Shown here: in pieces, positions 8,879-18,286 of the stretch | Layout of the letters: each line of letters opens with the position of its first letter | Numbering within the stretch: the first letter of the stretch is position 1 | NCBI RefSeq assembly: GCF_900184735.1 | Contig: NZ_LT855384.1 | Location: forward strand, 31,547 to 71,546 | Origin: Paucisalibacillus globulus | Lineage (GTDB): Bacteria; Bacillota; Bacilli; Bacillales; Amphibacillaceae | DNA: 40,000 nt | Reading direction: 5' to 3' | Translations under genes and position numbers: made by a program | The notes under the pieces: model-generated | What the model was told of the DNA's origin: nothing | Seen by the model: only the letters and a program-made list of their open reading frames with translations | Databases searched by the model: none

Positions 8879-9403
8879 ATGAAGTTGACCGATAAACAGT
8901 TAAAATTAATCACCGATATTGCTTCACAAAATGCCATTAAAGCGTACAGAGAGGACCAAGTAAAACGAGAAAAGGAAAAGCATGATACACGCTTACGTAA
9001 CATCAAATTGCTGTTGAAACATTACAGATCGTTAGTACTTCATTGTGAAAAGCTTGAAGAGGACTTAGTAAAGTTTGAAGATACATCTATCCAAGACCTG
9101 GACATTAAAGAAATAAACCTTGAAAGCATTGAGTCTATCAAGCAAAGTAAAACCAAAAGCTTGGCTATGGTGTATTTCGTTAGAGGGAAGATGGAAGCTT
9201 ATAAGAGGTCTTGTGATGAAGAGGAAATGAAGTATTTTCGAGTGCTAGAGATGCGATACATTACGTCTAAAAAGTATACCATTCAAGATATAGCGGATGA
9301 AGAAAATGTGGACGTGAGAACGGTCCACCGGTATTTAAATAGGGCCTTGGAAGAATTACCAGTAATATTCTTTGGAGTAGATGCTATTCAGTTTGAAAAG
9401 TAG
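8879..9403 (+). CDS. Putative phage (late) transcriptional regulator with C-terminal sigma region-4-like HTH
   Basis: C-terminal YTIQDIADEENVDVRTVHRYLNRALEEL. It is the last gene before the packaging module. The family assignment is not verifiable here. Confidence 0.5.
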   Translation: MKLTDKQLKLITDIASQNAIKAYREDQVKREKEKHDTRLRNIKLLLKHYRSLVLHCEKLEEDLVKFEDTSIQDLDIKEINLESIESIKQSKTKSLAMVYFVRGKMEAYKRSCDEEEMKYFRVLEMRYITSKKYTIQDIADEENVDVRTVHRYLNRALEELPVIFFGVDAIQFEK

Positions 9404-9483
9404 CCTGTCCGAAATCTGTCTTGATTGTGTCATTATAAAAGTGATATGATGATAGTGTGAAATAAATGTAGATATATAGAAAA

Positions 9484-9517
9484 GGCACCTAGTACTGCGA
9501 ATACTAAGTGCCTTTTT
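9484..9517. terminator. Bidirectional rho-independent terminator
   Basis: ggcacctagta-ctgcga-tactaagtgcc hairpin (one mismatch), flanked by an A-run and a T-run. It lies between convergent genes. Confidence 0.6.
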
Positions 9518-9520
9518 ACA

Positions 9521-9673
9521 TTAGAAAGTTGGTATCTTAGGTTCTAGACTGCTAATCCAAGACACAAAGTTACTAAAAAATAAAGTTACTGTATCTGGAA
9601 TGATAGACGGATTAATGAAATGAACAAATAAAACTAGAACTAATCCAATTAAAATATAAAATTGCTTCTTCAT
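9521..9673 (-). CDS. Small membrane peptide (50 aa), transcribed opposite to the phage genes
   Basis: Strong SD aaaggagg 6 nt before ATG on the minus strand. MKKQFYILIGLVLVLFVHFINPSIIPDTVTLFFSNFVSWISSLEPKIPTF. Ends at the bidirectional terminator. Confidence 0.5.
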   Translation of the reverse strand: MKKQFYILIGLVLVLFVHFINPSIIPDTVTLFFSNFVSWISSLEPKIPTF

Positions 9674-9792
9674 TTGCAACCTCCTTTTATAGTACATTCG
9701 ACATGGAACTTGTAAAATCCTGTTAATTTAGCAGGAATTTAATAAGTCTTAATCGAAGTACTATATTAAACAAATGTAGAGGGGGATTTTGA

Positions 9793-10209
9793 ATGCTGGA
9801 AATAACTGAAACTGAATTGACTGAGGTGATTGCCTTGGCAGAAGCGTTGAGGAAAAGTAGCGAGAATTATAGTAAAAGCCCTAAGAAGTCTTATAAAGAG
9901 AGATTCCTTGATGAAGATTTAATGAGCCCGGAATTTAAAGATCTAACAGATAAAGAAAATACGTTATCAGATTATCTTAGAGGACTTAGTATAGGAGCAC
10001 TTCAAGATTTACTCGCAATCATGTATCTAGGTAGAGATAAAGATTATAACAAACGAGATTCGGCAAGAACAATCATGAAAAAGCAAAGAGCTTATTTTGA
10101 TAACCAAATAGGGCCGAATCAAATAGCCATAATTACTACACTTATGGAAAAGCGACCTTTAGACGATTATTTAAAAGTTGGAGTCGAAATACTTCGAATA
10201 CATGTGTGA
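9793..10209 (+). CDS. Hypothetical protein, DUF3775-like by recollection
   Basis: SD agaggggg. The central LQDLLAIMYLGRDKDY...DYLKVGVEIL resembles the DUF3775 pattern as I recall it. It has its own terminator downstream. Confidence 0.65.
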   Translation: MLEITETELTEVIALAEALRKSSENYSKSPKKSYKERFLDEDLMSPEFKDLTDKENTLSDYLRGLSIGALQDLLAIMYLGRDKDYNKRDSARTIMKKQRAYFDNQIGPNQIAIITTLMEKRPLDDYLKVGVEILRIHV

Positions 10210-10273
10210 GCATCAACAAAGGATACTTTCTTGTTTTAGGAAGTCTGCAATTTATATGGTAACTAGATTATTA

Positions 10274-10299
10274 AGACATCCTAACGGGTGTCTTTTTTT
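10274..10299 (+). terminator. Rho-independent terminator
   Basis: agacatcc-taac-gggtgtct hairpin (one G-U pair) followed by T7. Confidence 0.65.
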
Positions 10300-10335
10300 A
10301 ATTTCATGAAAAGTGGGAGGAGAGGTGCAATGTAG

Positions 10336-10929
10336 ATGGCTAAAAACAAAGGTGAAAGACGAGGGAAATACTATACTCACGTAGAACCAAGGTTGATTGA
10401 AATTGAGGGCTGGGCAAGAGATGGTCTAATTGATGAACAGATAGCTAAAAATTTAGGAGTAGCATACTCCACATTTAGGAAGTATCGGGATGAACATTCG
10501 GCACTTTCGGCAGCCTTAAAAAAGGGTAAAGAAGTTGTTGATAGGCAGGTCGAGAACGCCATGTTAAAAACGGCTATGGGCTATGCCTATGATGAAACTA
10601 CTTATGTATCCGTAGAAATGAGCCAAGAAGAATATGATCTAATCGTTGATGTGGAGTTACAGAAGTTTGATAAAGAGAACCCCAATGCAACAGAAGATGA
10701 ACGCGATCTCTTTATTATGCAAATACCGAAGACAAAGCAAGTCATAGAAAAGGTCGTAACTAAGATGGTGAAGCCCGATACTACAGCTCAAATATTCTGG
10801 TTGAAGAACCGTAGACCTGATAAATGGCGAGATAAACAAGATATCGAAGCAAAGGTAAATCATACTCATAACCCGTACCAAGAATTAACTGTTGAAGAGC
10901 TAAAACGGTTGGCTGAAGCCGGAGAATAG
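10336..10929 (+). CDS. Terminase small subunit
   Basis: N-terminal HTH IAKNLGVAYSTFRKYRD and C-terminal IFWLKNRRPDKWRDK. Lies upstream of terL. Confidence 0.8.
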   Translation: MAKNKGERRGKYYTHVEPRLIEIEGWARDGLIDEQIAKNLGVAYSTFRKYRDEHSALSAALKKGKEVVDRQVENAMLKTAMGYAYDETTYVSVEMSQEEYDLIVDVELQKFDKENPNATEDERDLFIMQIPKTKQVIEKVVTKMVKPDTTAQIFWLKNRRPDKWRDKQDIEAKVNHTHNPYQELTVEELKRLAEAGE

Positions 10930-11144
10930 TATGCATTATTATGAATACAGTATTCATTTTCGGTTGACATAATACTTCTTAGTGGAAGTTGTGTTAAATT
11001 ACAAACGTTGATTTAACGGCATTTGTGAAGGTGCTAAAAATTATGGATTATGCACTATTTTATACATTGTTGATATATCAACGTTTTAAGTGCTTCTCAA
11101 TTATAAAAATTGGAGAAAAAATGCATAAAAAATAAGGTGGTAAG

Positions 11145-12536
11145 ATGACGGATCTTAGTTTGATTCGAAAGGGTGCAAGGATAGAACTGGCCAAGCGCGA
11201 GTTCTTTTATTTTTGTAATTTATTGGCCCCTGACTTTTATAAGAAAAATAGACAATACCTGATTGATATGTGTAACGAAATGCAAGAGTTCTATGAGTCT
11301 GATGATGAAGTAGCCGTTATAAACGTCCCTCCCAGGCATGGTAAGTCTCGTACAGCTTCCATGTTTGCACAATGGGTATTTGGACTAAATCAAAACGAAA
11401 AGATAATGACTGGATCATATAACGAAACTCTGTCAACTACCTTTTCCAAAGCTGTACGAAACGGCATATCTGAAACAAAAGCTGATAAAGATAAAGTGGT
11501 TTATAGTGACATCTTTCCCGATACTCAGATTAAACGAGGCGATGGGGCTATGAACTTGTGGAGTTTGGAGGGTGGATACAACAACTACTTAGCTACTTCA
11601 CCAACTGGTACAGCAACTGGTTTCGGTGCTTCATTTTTGATTATTGATGACTTAATCAAAAACGCAGAGGAAGCATTCAATGAAAATACTTTAGATAAGC
11701 ATTGGGAATGGTTTACGAATACTATGCTTTCGCGACTTGAAGAAGGTGGCAAGATTCTTATTATTATGACTCGATGGGCCTCAAAAGATTTAGCTGGTCG
11801 AGCATTAGACCATTTTGCAGAGGAAGGTAAAAAGGTCCGTCATATTAACTTAAAAGCATTGCAAGATGATGGAACGATGCTTTGTGATGAAGTATTAAGT
11901 CGCAAATCATACGAAAGTAAAATTCGAGCTATGAGTCCAGAAATTGCAGCTGCTAACTATCAACAAGAGCCTATCGATATGAAAGGTCGCTTATACAGTA
12001 GTTTCAAAACGTATGAAGGTGAATTACCGCAATTCAAAGAGATTAAGAACTATACGGATACTGCTGATACTGGAGCTGACTATCATTGTTCAATTAACTA
12101 TGGTGTTACTTTCGATAATGAAGCCTATGTATTGGATGTTCTTTACACGAAAGCACCAATGGAAGAGACAGAACCGGAACATGCCAAAATGCTATTCGAA
12201 AGAAAAGTAAATTGGGCAGATATTGAATCAAATAATGGTGGTCGTGGTTATGCACGTTCGGTTGAACGAATTTTAAAAGAGAAATTCAAATCTAATAAAA
12301 CTCGAATTGAACCATTCCACCAATCTAAAAACAAGCAAGCTAGAATTCTATCAAATGCTACCTGGGTGATGGATCATATTTATTTTCCAAGCGATTGGCG
12401 TTTTAGGTGGCCTGAATATTATAAGGCTATGACAGAGTATCAACGTGAAGGTAAAAACAAACATGATGATGCTCCGGATGCAACTACTGGTATTGCAGAA
12501 AAGATAGGTCAAGGAAGTCTATTTAGTTTCGACTAG
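11145..12536 (+). CDS. Terminase large subunit
   Basis: ATPase motifs VPPRHGKS and FLIIDD. C-terminal nuclease region ending HDDAPDATTG. Confidence 0.9.
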   Translation: MTDLSLIRKGARIELAKREFFYFCNLLAPDFYKKNRQYLIDMCNEMQEFYESDDEVAVINVPPRHGKSRTASMFAQWVFGLNQNEKIMTGSYNETLSTTFSKAVRNGISETKADKDKVVYSDIFPDTQIKRGDGAMNLWSLEGGYNNYLATSPTGTATGFGASFLIIDDLIKNAEEAFNENTLDKHWEWFTNTMLSRLEEGGKILIIMTRWASKDLAGRALDHFAEEGKKVRHINLKALQDDGTMLCDEVLSRKSYESKIRAMSPEIAAANYQQEPIDMKGRLYSSFKTYEGELPQFKEIKNYTDTADTGADYHCSINYGVTFDNEAYVLDVLYTKAPMEETEPEHAKMLFERKVNWADIESNNGGRGYARSVERILKEKFKSNKTRIEPFHQSKNKQARILSNATWVMDHIYFPSDWRFRWPEYYKAMTEYQREGKNKHDDAPDATTGIAEKIGQGSLFSFD

Positions 12537-12551
12537 AAAGAAGGTGAAAAC

Positions 12552-14054
12552 GTGACAGGATATTTCCCATTCCAAGGCGTTAAAACGGAAAATGACCGTA
12601 TAAACGAACTAATTATTAATGGTGCCAAAACTGCGCTCAGTGATGTAAAAGTTCTTGAACGAGAAATTAACAAATTTAAGAAATCTGATAAATTAAAGTG
12701 GATGAAGCTGGGTATTGATTACTATGAAGGCAATCAGGATATTACAAATCGTGAAAGAAAAGTAATAGGTAGAGGCGGGCGTTTAGAAACGGTTGATAAT
12801 CTACCAAACAACAAAGTCCTAGATAACCAGTATGAAAAACTTGTAGATCAAAAAGTAAACTATCAGTTGGGTAAGCCCTTAACTATTGAAACTGAAAGTG
12901 AAACTTACTCAAAGCTTTTAAAACAGATATTCAATAAACGTTTCCATCGTAAGTTGCGTAATATTGGAGAAGACGCTTTAAATGGCGGTATTAGCTATTT
13001 GCATCCATACTACAACGAAAGCCGCGAATTAGCTTTTAAACATTTTAAAGGTTATGAGATTCTGGTGTTCTGGAAAGATGCCGATAAAACAGAAATAGAA
13101 GCTTTCGTTCACATGTATCATGTAAATGAATATGAGGGCGATAAGGAAGTAGCAAAAGAATACGCTGACCTATATAGCAAAGATGGGGTTACAAGTTATG
13201 TTTGGCATAATGGTAGTTTGATTGAGAATGTGGAGAAAGAACCTTCAACATATCTAACTCTTACTGATGAAGATGGACAAGAAAAGGGAATGAATTGGGA
13301 ACGTATTCCTTTAATTCCTTTCCGATTTAACAGCAAAGAAAAGCCGTTAATCAAACGTGTCAAGTCACTCCAAGACGGAATTAACACCATGCTAAGTGAT
13401 TTTCAAAATAACATGGAGGAAGATTCTCGATCCACGATTCTAGTTCTTCATAATTATGACGGGCAAGATTTAGGGGAGTTCAGACGTAACCTTTCAGTAT
13501 ACGGTGCCGTTAAGGTTCGTAGTGCTGATGGAGCTAAAGGTGGCGTTGATACCCTAGAGATAGAAGTTAATAAAGATAACTATGAATCTATCATAAAGCT
13601 ATTTAAGAAAGCACTCGTTGAAAACGGTCGTGGTTATGATGCTAAAGATGAGCGCATGAGTAATAATCCTAACCAAATGAATATTCAAAGCATGTACTCC
13701 GATATCGAGTTAGATGCAAATGGAATAGAAACAGAGTTCCAAGCTTCTTTTGAAGAGTTGTTATGGTTTATCAATGTTCATCTATCAAATACCGGTAAAG
13801 CCGATTTTGAAAGCGAGGAAGTTAAGTTTATCTTTAACCGAGATACACTTGTTAACGAAGCTGAGGTTATTAAGAGCTTAAGTGAATCTACGGATCTATC
13901 AATTGAGACACGAATTTCTCAACATCCATACGTGGACGATGTTCAAAGGGAGTTAGACAGAATTAAGAAAGAACGCCAGGAGCGAATGGATGAGTATGAT
14001 AATTATGATGAGACTTTCCGAAAAAAGCAGAGTGATTTAAATGGCCAAGAGTAG
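12552..14054 (+). CDS. Portal protein (SPP1 gp6-like)
   Basis: 500 aa directly after terL and before a gp7-like head morphogenesis gene. GTG start after SD gaaggtg. Confidence 0.88.
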   Translation: MTGYFPFQGVKTENDRINELIINGAKTALSDVKVLEREINKFKKSDKLKWMKLGIDYYEGNQDITNRERKVIGRGGRLETVDNLPNNKVLDNQYEKLVDQKVNYQLGKPLTIETESETYSKLLKQIFNKRFHRKLRNIGEDALNGGISYLHPYYNESRELAFKHFKGYEILVFWKDADKTEIEAFVHMYHVNEYEGDKEVAKEYADLYSKDGVTSYVWHNGSLIENVEKEPSTYLTLTDEDGQEKGMNWERIPLIPFRFNSKEKPLIKRVKSLQDGINTMLSDFQNNMEEDSRSTILVLHNYDGQDLGEFRRNLSVYGAVKVRSADGAKGGVDTLEIEVNKDNYESIIKLFKKALVENGRGYDAKDERMSNNPNQMNIQSMYSDIELDANGIETEFQASFEELLWFINVHLSNTGKADFESEEVKFIFNRDTLVNEAEVIKSLSESTDLSIETRISQHPYVDDVQRELDRIKKERQERMDEYDNYDETFRKKQSDLNGQE

Positions 14055-15072
14055 AGAGTATTGGCGGAAACGTTTTGAACTGTTAGAAGATGCGCAAAAC
14101 CATAAAGCTATGGAGTACTCAACAGATCTTGCAGATGCCTATATTGAATCCTTCAAAAAAATTGAAAAGGATATCGCTACCTGGTATCAACGATTTGCTA
14201 CAAACAATGAGATTACACTTCAAGAGGCTAAACGAATGCTAAAGCTAGATGAGTTAGAAGAGTTTCACTGGACCGTTGAGGAGTACATCAAATATGGGAA
14301 AGAGAATGCTATTAATCAGGCATGGATGAAACAACTTGAAAATGCTTCAGCTCGTGTTCACATTAGCCGTTTAGAAAGTTTACAGTTGCAATTAAGGCAC
14401 CATATTGAAGAACTTTATTCCGCCCAAATAAAAGATTTTGAAAATCTAATGAAAAATATATATGAGGACCAGTATTATCAAACGGCCTTTGAAATTCAGA
14501 AAGCCTTTGAAGTTGGTTTTACGTTGCATGCCTTGGATGATGATGTTCTTGCTAAGGTAATCAGTAACCCATGGACATCTGATAATATGACATTCAGTGC
14601 TCGTATTTGGAGAGATAGAAATCTATTGATTGATACGTTGCACACTGAATTAACACAAGCATTTGCTCTTGGAGAAGGTCCACAAAGAGTCATTTCAGTT
14701 ATTCAACAAAAAATGAATACTTCACGTTCTAACGCTGCAAGGTTGGTACAGACTGAGCAAGCGTTTTTTAGTTCGTCAGCTCAAAAAGAAACATTCAAGG
14801 AATTGGATGTTGAAAAGTATGAGGTTGTTGCAACTTTAGATAGTAAGACTAGTGAAATCTGTCAATCTATGGATGGAAAAGTTTTTAAAATGAGTGACTA
14901 TGAGCCGGGTGTTACGGCTAATCCTTTTCATCCAAGGTGTAGAACAACAACAGCGCCTTACTTTCAAGATGATAACTACGGTGAAAGAATTGCTAGAGGA
15001 AAAGACGGAAAAGTTTATTACATTCCTTCGAATATTACTTTCAAAGAGTGGAAGGAGCAATATGTTGCTTAG
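14041..15072 (+). CDS. Minor head / head morphogenesis protein (SPP1 gp7 / Mu F-like)
   Basis: C-terminal PGVTANPFHPRCRTTTAPYF signature. Lies after the portal gene. Confidence 0.85.
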   Translation: MAKSREYWRKRFELLEDAQNHKAMEYSTDLADAYIESFKKIEKDIATWYQRFATNNEITLQEAKRMLKLDELEEFHWTVEEYIKYGKENAINQAWMKQLENASARVHISRLESLQLQLRHHIEELYSAQIKDFENLMKNIYEDQYYQTAFEIQKAFEVGFTLHALDDDVLAKVISNPWTSDNMTFSARIWRDRNLLIDTLHTELTQAFALGEGPQRVISVIQQKMNTSRSNAARLVQTEQAFFSSSAQKETFKELDVEKYEVVATLDSKTSEICQSMDGKVFKMSDYEPGVTANPFHPRCRTTTAPYFQDDNYGERIARGKDGKVYYIPSNITFKEWKEQYVA

Positions 15073-15140
15073 TGAGGTGGTCCAATATCTCCTGGCTACC
15101 ACTCCTGGTAGCCGATGTGAATTGTAAAGGTGGTGAGAAT

Positions 15141-15392
15141 ATGGGTTTAACTAAAAAGAACTTAGTGGAACAATTTGACAAAGCTAGAGTAGAGAATGCT
15201 CATTTTGTGTTTGTTGGAATTGAAGCTGAGGGAGTTCAAGAAACAATCTGCATCCCTAGCCGTTCGTTTGACGAAAAACAAGCGTTTTACGAGCGTAGCT
15301 ATACAGATAATTTAGTTCATGTAATGAATAAAAATGTATTTATTCGTGGTTTATCTCGTGGTGGTTCTGAACAACTGGATATAATCGGCTAA
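15141..15392 (+). CDS. Hypothetical protein (83 aa)
   Basis: Internal ATG of track ORF 15048-15392, preceded by SD aaaggtggtgag. The N-terminal extension in the track looks non-coding. Confidence 0.55.
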   Translation: MGLTKKNLVEQFDKARVENAHFVFVGIEAEGVQETICIPSRSFDEKQAFYERSYTDNLVHVMNKNVFIRGLSRGGSEQLDIIG

Positions 15393-15396
15393 CACT

Positions 15397-15426
15397 GCAC
15401 CTAGCAGACAAGCGTTAGGTGCTTTT
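15397..15426 (+). terminator. Rho-independent terminator
   Basis: gcaccta-(12 nt)-taggtgc hairpin followed by TTTT. Confidence 0.5.
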
Positions 15427-15516
15427 AATATTACCCTTTTAAAAGTTTGGGGTATATCAAACGAATCTCCTAACAGGGAGCGACCTGTATAAATATGCTA
15501 TTGGAGGATTGGAAAA

Positions 15517-16125
15517 ATGGAATGGTTAAAAGAATTATTAAAAAATGCAGGGGTCGAAGAATCAAAGATAGACGGTTTTGTTACTGGTTTTAACAAAGAG
15601 GTTCCAAAACACTTTATTCCAAAAGAGACATACAACACGCTTGCAGAAACGAAAAAGCAGCTAGATGCAGACCTTAAAGCAAGAGATGAGCAACTTGAGG
15701 AATTGAAAAAAGTCGATGCAGCGGGATTGGAAGCAAAGATTGTGGAGTTACAAAAATCTAACGAAACTGCTAAGACGGAATTTGAAGCTAAGTTAAAAGA
15801 AACCCAGTTAACTAGCGCTTTGAAGTTAGCTCTTACAGGTAAGGTGCATGACGTCGATTTAGTAGCTGGCCTTATCGATAAAGAGAAAATCGAATTGAAT
15901 GAAGACGGTACGGTAAAAAGCGGACTTGAAGAGCAAGAGAAAAGCTTGCGAGAATCAAAGACCTTTTTATTTGTTCCGGAAAAGAAGGACCCAGGTTTCA
16001 AAGGGTTTATTCCTAGTGGGGGTACAGGAGGGGGCGATCCTAACGTAGACATTGGTTCAAACTTCGCTAAGATTGCTAACGAAAAATCGCAAGCACCAAA
16101 AAACGAAAATGGCCCATGGGCTTAA
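15517..16125 (+). CDS. Scaffolding protein (GP20-like)
   Basis: K/E-rich coiled coil. N-terminus MEWLKELLKNAGVEESKIDGFV...FIPKETYN. Lies before the capsid genes. Confidence 0.8.
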   Translation: MEWLKELLKNAGVEESKIDGFVTGFNKEVPKHFIPKETYNTLAETKKQLDADLKARDEQLEELKKVDAAGLEAKIVELQKSNETAKTEFEAKLKETQLTSALKLALTGKVHDVDLVAGLIDKEKIELNEDGTVKSGLEEQEKSLRESKTFLFVPEKKDPGFKGFIPSGGTGGGDPNVDIGSNFAKIANEKSQAPKNENGPWA

Positions 16126-16150
16126 TTATTAGTTTAGGAGGAAAAAGAAT

Positions 16151-16465
16151 ATGCCATATGTAAAACAAGTGGAAACAGCAGAACGTATTAATTTTCTAGC
16201 ATCTTCAAAGTTCCAATCATTTACGTATCAAGTAAGTGATGCAGGAGTAGTCGCAGATGCAAATGGAAAGAAAATTGTTAAAGCAGGTACAATCCTTCCA
16301 GCAAACGATGCTACAGCTGAAGGTATTCTTTTAACAGATGTGGATGTAACAAACGGACCACAACCAGGAGCTTTACTGGTAGAAGGTTACGTTATTGAAT
16401 CTCGTCTTCCTGTTGTACCTGATGCTTTAGCAAAACCAGAATTAACAAAAATTACATTTCGATAA
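16151..16465 (+). CDS. Putative head decoration protein (lambda gpD-like position)
   Basis: 104 aa immediately upstream of a 341-aa E-family major capsid gene, mirroring the lambda D/E arrangement. Strong SD. Confidence 0.55.
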   Translation: MPYVKQVETAERINFLASSKFQSFTYQVSDAGVVADANGKKIVKAGTILPANDATAEGILLTDVDVTNGPQPGALLVEGYVIESRLPVVPDALAKPELTKITFR

Positions 16466-16499
16466 AAATAAACTTTTTAATTACTAGGAGGTTAACATA

Positions 16500-17525
16500 A
16501 TGCCAGATGTATTAGAACTTTTTGATTCCAAAACAGTATTAAATTATTTAAAAGAACGTCAATTCGCACCACTTTTAGGTGAAACTCTTTTCCCTGAAGT
16601 GAAGCATGGAACACTTGAATTTGAACACTTAGTAGGGGCAAGTTCCCTTCCTGTTGTAGCATCTGTACATGCATTTGATACAGAGGCTGAAATTGGATCT
16701 CGCGAAGCTGCAAAACAAGCATTAGAGGCGGCATATATTAAACGTAAAATGCAAATCACTGAAAGAGACTTAATTGCATTGCAATTCCCTCGTACACCAC
16801 AAGAACAACAATATCTAATGCAAAATGTATTTGGTGACATCGACAGTTTAGTTCGAGGCGTTAAGGCTCGTATTGAGCTAATGCGTATGGAAGCTTTATC
16901 AACTGGTAAAGTCACTCTAAATGAAAATGGCTTGAATATGTCTGTTGATTACCATGTGCCGGCAGAACATCAAGAATCGTTAGCAGGTACTGCACTATGG
17001 ACTGATGAGGCGAATGCTGATATTATCGGCGACTTAGAGCGTTGGGCAGATTCATTAGACGAAAAGCCAACACGTGCTTTAACATCTAATAAAATTCTTA
17101 GCTTAATGCTTCGAAATGATAAAATCATTGGTTACTTGTTTGGTAAGGGCTCTGGCCGTATTGCAACTCGTCAGGATCTAAATGCATTCTTGTTACAACA
17201 TGATTTACCTCAAATTGCTGTTTATGATGCGAAATATCGTAAACAACTTGCTAATGGCAAGTACACAACTGAAAGATACTTTGGAGAGAACAAATTTGTT
17301 ATGTTCGGCTCTGGAACTCTTGGAGAAACTCTATACGGTCCAACTCCAGAAGAATCTCGTATGCTTCGTGAAGGTAACGAAGAGGTTCATAACGTAGACA
17401 AAGTTATTGCAATGGTTTACGAAGAAGGATTGGATCCAGTATCAACTTGGACTAAAGCTGCAGCAACTGCGATACCATCATTCCCAGAAGCTAATAACGT
17501 ATTCCAAGCGCAGCCAATTGCTTAA
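16500..17525 (+). CDS. Major capsid protein (lambda gpE-like family)
   Basis: 341 aa. N-terminus LELFDSKTVLNYLKERQFAPLLGETLFPE is typical of the E-family. Strong SD aggagg. Confidence 0.9.
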   Translation: MPDVLELFDSKTVLNYLKERQFAPLLGETLFPEVKHGTLEFEHLVGASSLPVVASVHAFDTEAEIGSREAAKQALEAAYIKRKMQITERDLIALQFPRTPQEQQYLMQNVFGDIDSLVRGVKARIELMRMEALSTGKVTLNENGLNMSVDYHVPAEHQESLAGTALWTDEANADIIGDLERWADSLDEKPTRALTSNKILSLMLRNDKIIGYLFGKGSGRIATRQDLNAFLLQHDLPQIAVYDAKYRKQLANGKYTTERYFGENKFVMFGSGTLGETLYGPTPEESRMLREGNEEVHNVDKVIAMVYEEGLDPVSTWTKAAATAIPSFPEANNVFQAQPIA

Positions 17526-17540
17526 GGAGGATGATGCGAA

Positions 17541-17879
17541 ATGGCTAAATTACTAGTTAAAATTCAAAATTCTGTATTTCCAGTACGTGTAAATGGAGAT
17601 CGTTACCAAAATGGTGACGAGCTTGAAATTGATGAAGTTCAGTTCACTAAGGGCACCATGGCAATCCTTGATAAGATTGAGGATAAAATTCCTAATCCAG
17701 ATGGAGATAATAACCCAAATGGCAATCCTGATGGTAACGGTGGGAAAGATGAATTCGAAGGTAAAACAGTAGAAGAATTAAAAGCTTATGCTGATGAACA
17801 CAACATTGATATCGGAAATGCTACAAGTGAAAAAGGTATCATCAAGAAAATCAAGGAAGCTACTGAAAAAGCTGAATAG
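17541..17879 (+). CDS. Hypothetical head-associated protein with a PNG/D low-complexity linker and a C-terminal HeH/Rho-N-like motif
   Basis: PNPDGDNNPNGNPDGNGGKD followed by KTVEELKAYADEHNIDIGNATSEKGIIKKIKE. Confidence 0.6.
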   Translation: MAKLLVKIQNSVFPVRVNGDRYQNGDELEIDEVQFTKGTMAILDKIEDKIPNPDGDNNPNGNPDGNGGKDEFEGKTVEELKAYADEHNIDIGNATSEKGIIKKIKEATEKAE

Positions 17880-17890
17880 GGCGTGATACT

Positions 17891-18286
17891 ATGCTCGAAG
17901 AAGTAAAAGCACGTTTAGGCTCACTAGGGGTTAAAATCCCTAGTGAGCCTCCTGGTGCTGACGATATGTTGTTAAACTTCTCCATCGACAAGGTAACGAA
18001 TCATATTAAAAGCCAAACAAACTTAAGTTATATCCCTTCTGAACTGAAAGAAGTTGCTATCGATATGGTTGCAGGTGAATTCCTTTATATGAAAAAGGGA
18101 ATGGGTCAGTTAAACATTGAAACAATTGATTTTTCTCCAGTTGCTAAACAAGTGCAAGATGGGGATACAAACGTTTCATTTGCAGTTGATATTAAAACAA
18201 CTCCTGAAGCTAAGTTTGATGCTTTGGTTAATTACCTACGTCACAACGAAGTCGATTTTATTCGTTACAGGGTGCTAACATGGTAA
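17891..18286 (+). CDS. Head-tail connector (gp6-like)
   Basis: Size and position after the capsid gene. No computed homology. Confidence 0.6.
   Translation: MLEEVKARLGSLGVKIPSEPPGADDMLLNFSIDKVTNHIKSQTNLSYIPSELKEVAIDMVAGEFLYMKKGMGQLNIETIDFSPVAKQVQDGDTNVSFAVDIKTTPEAKFDALVNYLRHNEVDFIRYRVLTW

Noticed and set aside
15498-16052. 184-aa minus-strand ORF, the longest antisense ORF in the window
   Set aside because: It lies entirely antisense to the well-supported scaffold gene. Its product is S/F/N-rich low-complexity, the mirror image of a K/E-rich coiled coil. It has no SD, so it is a shadow ORF.
16559-16915. 118-aa minus-strand ORF, plus an 80-aa ORF at 16492-16734, inside the major capsid gene
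   Set aside because: Both are antisense shadows of a strongly supported capsid gene.
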